Positions 58,408-64,000 of a DNA stretch of 64,000 nt are shown in pieces. A model generated the notes under the pieces. It was not told the DNA's origin and searched no databases. It saw nothing but the letters and a program-made list of their open reading frames with translations. Position 1 is the stretch's first letter; the number at the start of each line of letters is the position of its first letter. A program made the position numbers and the translations under genes. The stretch spans positions 1 to 64,000 of IMG/VR virus record IMGVR_UViG_3300021959_006010, one strand, 5' to 3'.

Positions 58408-59223
58408 CTAAGCAGCTACTAGTTCTTCTTCTTTGTCCCAGTATTGTTCGTCTGCTTCTAAAATTCCACCTTGACCTGTTACAACTACTACTAGATGTAC
58501 ACGGTCGATGTCGCTGTCATTCTTAACCCAGTGCTCGTACGCTTGATTTAAGAACCACACACTGCCGTCAGCTGGCATATGCTTCTCTACAGTACGTTTT
58601 TTTCCTTTGGTGCCTACAACAACGTCTTCGTGCGTAATTAACGGTATATGTATACGAACTGCTTTATCTGTGTTTATGTCAAGATGTGGTTTAATTTCTT
58701 CTCCTGCTTTAAGCACAGCATATCTTGTACGTGCAACATGGCCTACGTGTTCTTCAATCATGTCAAGAACTTCTGCTACATAACCTTTACAAAACTCGTT
58801 ACGTTTATCATACAATTTTTCGTCTGCAATAGGGGTGTAATCAGGATGGCTTGGGTCTGAAATCTTTTCCATACGTCTTGCAAATTTGCGAGGATCCATT
58901 CCTGTTTCCTCTAGTTTTTTAGCAAGATCTTTATTGTGATCATCTGGATTACCATTAAATTCGGTTAAACACAACATTTTATATGCTTCGCCGCCGTCCG
59001 CAACAAGTTTTCCTTCTCTTTCAGCTTTTTCTTCGTCTGTAAGAAAATATTCAAGAAGCACTCTTCGAACTACAAGTCCATCTTCAGTATTATTGCCGTA
59101 ACTTAATCCGTTATACATATCCCAATTGTCGTAACCCAATTCAAAAAATTCTTTACGCAAGCGATCGATATCTACCTTAAAATTAAGTTTTGCCATTAAT
59201 GGTAAGTGTTGTCTTTTAAGCAT
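58408..59223 (-). CDS. Aspartyl/asparaginyl beta-hydroxylase-like Fe(II)/2OG oxygenase
   Basis: IKPHLD, RIHIPLIT, DGSVWFLN..EHWV.N and RVHLV. Confidence 0.75.
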   Translation of the reverse strand: MLKRQHLPLMAKLNFKVDIDRLRKEFFELGYDNWDMYNGLSYGNNTEDGLVVRRVLLEYFLTDEEKAEREGKLVADGGEAYKMLCLTEFNGNPDDHNKDLAKKLEETGMDPRKFARRMEKISDPSHPDYTPIADEKLYDKRNEFCKGYVAEVLDMIEEHVGHVARTRYAVLKAGEEIKPHLDINTDKAVRIHIPLITHEDVVVGTKGKKRTVEKHMPADGSVWFLNQAYEHWVKNDSDIDRVHLVVVVTGQGGILEADEQYWDKEEELVAA

Positions 59224-59250
59224 GTTTAGTAACCTCTACTCTTTCTATGT

Positions 59251-59258
59251 GTATTTAT
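59251..59258 (-). promoter_or_regulatory. Putative T4-type late promoter (ATAAATAC)
   Basis: The minus strand reads AGATAAATACAC...GAGG...ATG upstream of 59223. Confidence 0.5.
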
Positions 59259-59265
59259 CTATTGG

Positions 59266-59820
59266 TTAATATGTGTGTGTTATTTCTTTAAATTTATGTT
59301 TTGATTCTATCATAAACATAATTGTTTTAGCACATTCTTTCGGATCCATTAATTGTGCTAGTACACGTTGCTGATCAGCAACTGGCCATTCGTCTATTCC
59401 TTGTCGAGCTAGTAAAGTATCAACATACCCTGGATTATACATCATGCTCTTAAATAAAGTTTCGTTATCGCTTATCCAAAAGCTATATGTTTCGAGAGAT
59501 TTTTTAGCAACATTATAATTTAATCTCGATAGAGGTCGACCTTTAAGGACGTCTTTATGCCATGTCCCAACATTAATAACTTTTTTTGAAGTATTAGTCC
59601 AGTTTTTGTGTGCGTACTTTAAGAGTTCTAACTGTCCAGTATAATGATACGCATTGTTAACGAGTACATCGTATTCTAAAACTTGCGAATAAACATCAGG
59701 ATTACTAATATCAAATCCAGTACTTTTACTTCCGCCAGTAACAGTATATCCTTTTTCTTTAGCAAGTTCGTAAATTGCTTTACCTATACCACTTGTGTGT
59801 CCGGTTATAAAAATACGCAT
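59266..59820 (-). CDS. Short-chain dehydrogenase/reductase
   Basis: ITGHTSGIG, LVNNA, YNVAK and PGYVDT. Confidence 0.85.
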   Translation of the reverse strand: MRIFITGHTSGIGKAIYELAKEKGYTVTGGSKSTGFDISNPDVYSQVLEYDVLVNNAYHYTGQLELLKYAHKNWTNTSKKVINVGTWHKDVLKGRPLSRLNYNVAKKSLETYSFWISDNETLFKSMMYNPGYVDTLLARQGIDEWPVADQQRVLAQLMDPKECAKTIMFMIESKHKFKEITHTY

Positions 59821-59830
59821 TAATATACCA

Positions 59831-60619
59831 TTATTTTACAAATGCATGTTTTATGATCCATCCAGTAGGATCAAGTTCGTATGGTCGTACCTTGTAATAG
59901 TACGCACTAGGATTTCCATGATGATTGTTATGTAATGCTTCTCCAAGTAATCCAAAACCAGTTAATGCATTAATAAGAAGACCATTACGTGTGTCATCGT
60001 TAGAATCATAGTTTCGGTATCCTATATTAGGAAATACTCCGTGACCGAATATATTATTAACTCCGAAGTTAAAGCGAATTAAAAATACCGGAATTAAGTA
60101 CGCATTTAATACAAATGTCCATCCGCCTATAATATACCATGCTACACAATATCCTAAAATAACAAACCAATACCAGTCATGCATAAATTTAACTGCTGGA
60201 TTTCTTAATTCTTTAACTACTGCTCGTGGTCGAATACGCTGAAAATGTTCTTTGTCTTGTAAACAAAAGAAACTTCTAAATATTCCGATAGCACTTGGTG
60301 CGATAGGATCGTGTTCGGTGTCGGCGTATGCATGATGTATTCTGTGTATATCTACCCACCATGCAATGCTACCTTGTGTACTTAATGTAGCAGTAAATGC
60401 TAAAAACCAATGACGCAATTTTCCTGTATTGAAGCTTTTATGACCGAAGTATCGATGCATTCCTGCACTACTGCCCATCATTGATACTAAAAATGTCCCA
60501 ATAATAAATGGCCATAATTCAAAGTACTGTGGCTGTAGAATTAAAAAAGGAGCACTTAACCAGCATAAACGCTGTACTCCGGCTAACAACCAAGTTCGAT
60601 GGAATGCTTTAATTGTCAT
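59831..60619 (-). CDS. Membrane-bound fatty-acid (delta-9-like) desaturase family protein
   Basis: Three His boxes (HRYFGH, HRIHH, HNNHH), hydrophobic segments and DPTGW. Confidence 0.85.
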   Translation of the reverse strand: MTIKAFHRTWLLAGVQRLCWLSAPFLILQPQYFELWPFIIGTFLVSMMGSSAGMHRYFGHKSFNTGKLRHWFLAFTATLSTQGSIAWWVDIHRIHHAYADTEHDPIAPSAIGIFRSFFCLQDKEHFQRIRPRAVVKELRNPAVKFMHDWYWFVILGYCVAWYIIGGWTFVLNAYLIPVFLIRFNFGVNNIFGHGVFPNIGYRNYDSNDDTRNGLLINALTGFGLLGEALHNNHHGNPSAYYYKVRPYELDPTGWIIKHAFVK

Positions 60620-61649
60620 TAAAATTCTCTTTCATAAAATTATTTAGCTCGTTGAGTTTGTTAGAATAAATGTCTGCATGTTCTTTTTGGAAATAAGGAT
60701 TATAGTTAGATACTTGAATGTTTTCATAGCCATGTTGTACACGGTATGCCAAACGTCCTTCTACATCACCTAAACGTCGATGGTTAGTAATACTATTATC
60801 AAAGAACAACCAATCGTTATTGTTTTCATACCAATGATCCCACATATAACGTTCAGTCATAAGTTCTTTGTTTAGACGATCAAATAGTGCATTGCTTTCT
60901 TCTTGACTCATGCCTACAATGCCGTCTACTGTATTAATACTATAGTGTAGACCTTTAATGCCGCCTGGGCTTTGTATAACCATAGGCAAATAACTTTCTA
61001 GCTCAGGATTCATATTGATACGCATCATTTCGTCTTGATCGCCTAGGTCTTTAACGTGTAGCATACCTGGCTTATGCCGATGGATGACAATCATATCATC
61101 TAGTTCGCTGCGGAAACTTTCGGAAATATCTTCATAGTAAGTAGCAGTTTGTAAAAATCCTGTACTAGAACCAATCATATTTTCTTGTCCTAATAGTGCA
61201 ACACCGGGTGCAAAAATATGATTGCCCGCCTCGTTACTGTGCCACTTTAGCTCGCCGTCTGGAAAAATACCTGTATAATCTCCACGCTTATCACGAATGT
61301 TTGTTACACGCTGCGTCCCCGAAGGACCTTTAGTTTTAAACCTCTGTTTAATTACATTAATATGTTCGGGTTTAATACTAGGATCGTTTTTAATTGCTTT
61401 ACTAATTACTTCTTTAGCCGGAACTCCAGGATAGTGACTGCAAATATTAAGCATACCACTATAGCGTAAAGGTCCCCATTTTGTGATATACTTAGTTACA
61501 TCTTTTGGAGAAACGTTACAATTACGAATAATTGTAACTAAGTTATCCATATGTATCTTACCAATTTCTAACCATTGGTCGTCGGTCATATTCTCAAAGT
61601 CTACATCGTCGATATAGACAGCATAATTATGTGGGTAAGATATTTTCAT
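60609..61649 (-). CDS. TauD/TfdA-family dioxygenase
   Basis: LKWHSNE, STGF...YEDISE, PMVIQSP and WLFFDN..TNHRR...R..YR. Confidence 0.75.
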   Translation of the reverse strand: MKISYPHNYAVYIDDVDFENMTDDQWLEIGKIHMDNLVTIIRNCNVSPKDVTKYITKWGPLRYSGMLNICSHYPGVPAKEVISKAIKNDPSIKPEHINVIKQRFKTKGPSGTQRVTNIRDKRGDYTGIFPDGELKWHSNEAGNHIFAPGVALLGQENMIGSSTGFLQTATYYEDISESFRSELDDMIVIHRHKPGMLHVKDLGDQDEMMRINMNPELESYLPMVIQSPGGIKGLHYSINTVDGIVGMSQEESNALFDRLNKELMTERYMWDHWYENNNDWLFFDNSITNHRRLGDVEGRLAYRVQHGYENIQVSNYNPYFQKEHADIYSNKLNELNNFMKENFNDN

Positions 61650-62223
61650 AGTTAAAGTCCCTTCGGTTATTGTATATTATGTACTGCCAGCATTCCGGAT
61701 CTGGTGGGTTAGGTGCTACTAAGCACGGTTCGTCTGATACTTTCCATTCTTCGTTAGTATAATTAGTTATCATCTCGGCTAATTGTCGAGTCCTTCTTCC
61801 GGATGTTTTCGTTTCTTCTCTACCGATAAAGAAATCGGTATATCCTAAGTTATTACAAAAATCTATCTGTTGTGTAATATGATCTATTGTATCTAAACGC
61901 ATGCCATCAGTGCCCTTACCAAAATTTTTCATTTTATACTTAGGTACAATGCAGTATCGAGTACACAAACGTATAATACCGTTATACATAGGTCGTGTCC
62001 AAGCTAAAGATGCAAGCACTGGTTCTTCGTCAACTGTTGTCACGGTATAACAAAGTGTATTATTTTTTAAGTTTTCGTCTATAACATAGTTAGGAGATCT
62101 TAACTGATCAGACTTTGCTACTTCTTTAAAAATGTAAATAATTTCTTCAGAAGGAACTTCTGTTGTAAAGGTATTAGAATTACCATCTAGCTTTTCGTAT
62201 AGTTTTAAAGGTTTGAATCTCAT
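61627..62223 (-). CDS. Hypothetical protein, possibly GNAT-fold
   Basis: IRLCTRYCIVPKY and LGY..FFIGRE loosely resemble GNAT motifs A/B. Confidence 0.4.
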   Translation of the reverse strand: MRFKPLKLYEKLDGNSNTFTTEVPSEEIIYIFKEVAKSDQLRSPNYVIDENLKNNTLCYTVTTVDEEPVLASLAWTRPMYNGIIRLCTRYCIVPKYKMKNFGKGTDGMRLDTIDHITQQIDFCNNLGYTDFFIGREETKTSGRRTRQLAEMITNYTNEEWKVSDEPCLVAPNPPDPECWQYIIYNNRRDFNYENILPT

Positions 62224-62936
62224 AATGTAAACTTGTTTGATTTTTGGAATAGTCTTTTTCTTGCTTTCAGTAAAATATTTTCGTCTGCTACTTTTAGTTC
62301 TAACGGAATTTTTTCTTTACGCACTGGTACTAATTGACACAGAGGAGTTCCTGCAGGAATAGTTACACGACCTTTTGTTGTGTGCCAAAACATATGTATA
62401 TTAAAGTCACTTTGAAATCCTTCGCATTTGCCAGGACATGCTGTAAATTTTGGATCGTCATCATAGTAGACAGGAAGGATTTGTAATTCATATCCTTTAG
62501 GAATATCAAAACTATAAGGTATAAACACTTTAAAAATATGATTATGATAATTTCCTGTAGGTATCTTCATTGGACCTTTATTTGTATCAAATGTAGTAAT
62601 TAACGGGTGTTTAAAATCTATAGTATCGAGAAACTCTTTTAGATTAGTTGGATAAAATATTTCAAATTTATCTCCGTCTGTTTCTATTGTAAAGTCATGC
62701 CAAGTAGTAGCTATGTAACCAGATTCCATTACATTACGCACACCTGGACACTTTGCTACACTAATAGTACTTGCTCTGCCGTCTGTGACCTTCTTGTATT
62801 TTTGAAACGCTGTAGCACACTGTTTGACCCATTTACGCTTATAATCGCGAGCCGGGTAAATAGGGTACTCGTCTGTAATAGCAGTTGCTTCGCTATAAAA
62901 TTTAACGCTAGGCTTTTTCAGAAAGGGTATATTCAT
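62220..62936 (-). CDS. Hypothetical protein with dUTPase-like beta-fold signature
   Basis: KCPG....GY, IPKGY and TIPAGTPLCQLVP. The catalytic dUTPase motifs are not evident. Confidence 0.45.
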   Translation of the reverse strand: MNIPFLKKPSVKFYSEATAITDEYPIYPARDYKRKWVKQCATAFQKYKKVTDGRASTISVAKCPGVRNVMESGYIATTWHDFTIETDGDKFEIFYPTNLKEFLDTIDFKHPLITTFDTNKGPMKIPTGNYHNHIFKVFIPYSFDIPKGYELQILPVYYDDDPKFTACPGKCEGFQSDFNIHMFWHTTKGRVTIPAGTPLCQLVPVRKEKIPLELKVADENILLKARKRLFQKSNKFTL

Positions 62937-63999
62937 AATCGTATGCTCTTAGTGATTTTCTAAACGGTGTTAATTTACGTCCTAGTTCGTCTTGTGCTTG
63001 CTCAAAATTTTCTGCAACATACATTAGTTCGTCTGCCCTAAACATTGTATGGAACCAGTAACGTATTGCTCCTGTGCTACGTATTTTACCCTCGACCATT
63101 GCTTCTCGCCAGTGTGTTCGATGTTCTTCCACACGAGCCTTCCAAAATGGCATTTTGTCTAAGTTGTCAAAAAACTCAAGTATTTCGGCACTTGGTTTTA
63201 AAATATCAGTTAACAATTTTGTGTTATTAAATGTATTCATCCACCAAGTATAATCGTACATTGTTAACAGATCTTCTGTGCTAAAACTAAAACAACTGTT
63301 TATAAGATCTTTTCTTACAATATTTGTTTTATCTTGTTTAGTATCAAAATCTTCAAATATTAAATCTCTGTTTCGGTGATAGAATTTATTTGATGTTTGA
63401 TAGATATTATCTCTGTATGCATATGCATGATGTACTTGTAGTTCGTAATCTTCTCTATGGTTTAACAAAAGCGGCATATTAGGAACTGCTTCTAATGCAT
63501 GGAACGCCTGTGTCTCAACACCATGTCCGAAATCTTTGTCTAGTGTGTATAACCAACTTTCAGGTGTTTCTCCCGGAAGACCGAGAATAAGTTCACTGTG
63601 ATAAGGAATGTTATTTTCTTTATAATAGTTGAGAAGATATTCTAGTTGTTCTGTTTTAATATTACTACGGTCATTATATGCAAGAGTTTTCTTACTCCAA
63701 CTTTGAATACCTAATTTTAATGGTGTCCAATGTCCGCTTTCTGCTGCAAAATTATCTTTAAAAAATATTTTACTAATTTCAGGTACATACTTAACACTAT
63801 TTTTAGCAGTGCCGCATAGACTAATAAACACATCATCACGCTTGTGATCACGCATATACTTTGTCATGTCTAGATCACGCTCATACATTCCCCAATTTGC
63901 ATCTATAATTTTAACACCAGTAATTGACTCGCTTTTTAAAAGTTTATCTATAGTCTGATAGTTTACATCGTTGTCATATTTGCTAACAACACTACCTGT
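62908..63999 (-). CDS. B12-type radical SAM protein, 5'-truncated by the window edge
   Basis: The frame is open to the edge (TGSVVSKYD...KIIDANWGMYERD). DANWG, GIQS and ELILGLPGETPESW align with 23064 and 37026. The CxxxCxxC motif would lie outside the window. Confidence 0.75.
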   Translation of the reverse strand, partial: TGSVVSKYDNDVNYQTIDKLLKSESITGVKIIDANWGMYERDLDMTKYMRDHKRDDVFISLCGTAKNSVKYVPEISKIFFKDNFAAESGHWTPLKLGIQSWSKKTLAYNDRSNIKTEQLEYLLNYYKENNIPYHSELILGLPGETPESWLYTLDKDFGHGVETQAFHALEAVPNMPLLLNHREDYELQVHHAYAYRDNIYQTSNKFYHRNRDLIFEDFDTKQDKTNIVRKDLINSCFSFSTEDLLTMYDYTWWMNTFNNTKLLTDILKPSAEILEFFDNLDKMPFWKARVEEHRTHWREAMVEGKIRSTGAIRYWFHTMFRADELMYVAENFEQAQDELGRKLTPFRKSLRAYDYEYTLSEKA

Positions 64000-64000
64000 A

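Noticed and set aside
59821-59830. Minus-strand TGGTATATT resembling an extended -10 before the SDR gene
   Set aside because: It ends 1 nt before the ATG, too close to produce a transcript containing the start codon, and there is no -35.
1-64000. Alternative genetic code (stop-codon reassignment), as in some large phages
   Set aside because: ORFs tile the window densely in the standard code, and TAA, TGA and TAG all end coherent genes.
1-64000. CRISPR arrays, tRNAs, introns, inteins, homing endonucleases, DGR template/variable repeats
   Set aside because: Intergenic gaps are under ~55 bp, no repeat-spacer pattern or near-identical DNA repeat pair was seen, and no RT, LAGLIDADG, HNH or intein motifs were recognised. 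This was by eye only.
15829-64000. Interpreting the island as a bacterial LPS/capsule locus
   Set aside because: It is contiguous with virion genes, includes late-type promoter boxes, and lacks flippase, polymerase, ABC exporter or housekeeping genes.

Overview
AT-rich, gene-dense segment of a large tailed (myovirus-like, probably jumbo) phage genome in the standard genetic code. No tRNA, rRNA, CRISPR array or mobile element was seen. Bases 1-15.8 kb form a virion module: a 5'-truncated structural protein of more than 2,800 aa, three paralogous tail-fibre-like proteins and two other structural proteins, preceded by T4-type late boxes (ATAAATAC/TATAAATA). From 15.8 kb to the right edge runs a ~48 kb biosynthetic island. 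It encodes 16 radical SAM enzymes: 10 with an N-terminal twitch/SPASM-like Cys cluster, 3 with a C-terminal one, and 3 of the B12-dependent type. It also encodes 7 glycosyltransferase-like proteins, an NDP-sugar epimerase and dehydrogenase, a sulfotransferase-like protein, 3 SGNH-like proteins, 5 Fe(II)/2OG oxygenases, 2 nitroreductase-fold proteins, a desaturase, an SDR, a methyltransferase, a QueC-like protein and a three-member unknown His-motif family. The island carries consensus sigma70 promoters. The first of these sits in a hairpin that also occludes the downstream ribosome-binding site. One nitroreductase carries an N-terminal phycobiliprotein-like domain that retains the bilin-attachment Cys motif. 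All family calls come from reading motifs by eye, not from database searches.
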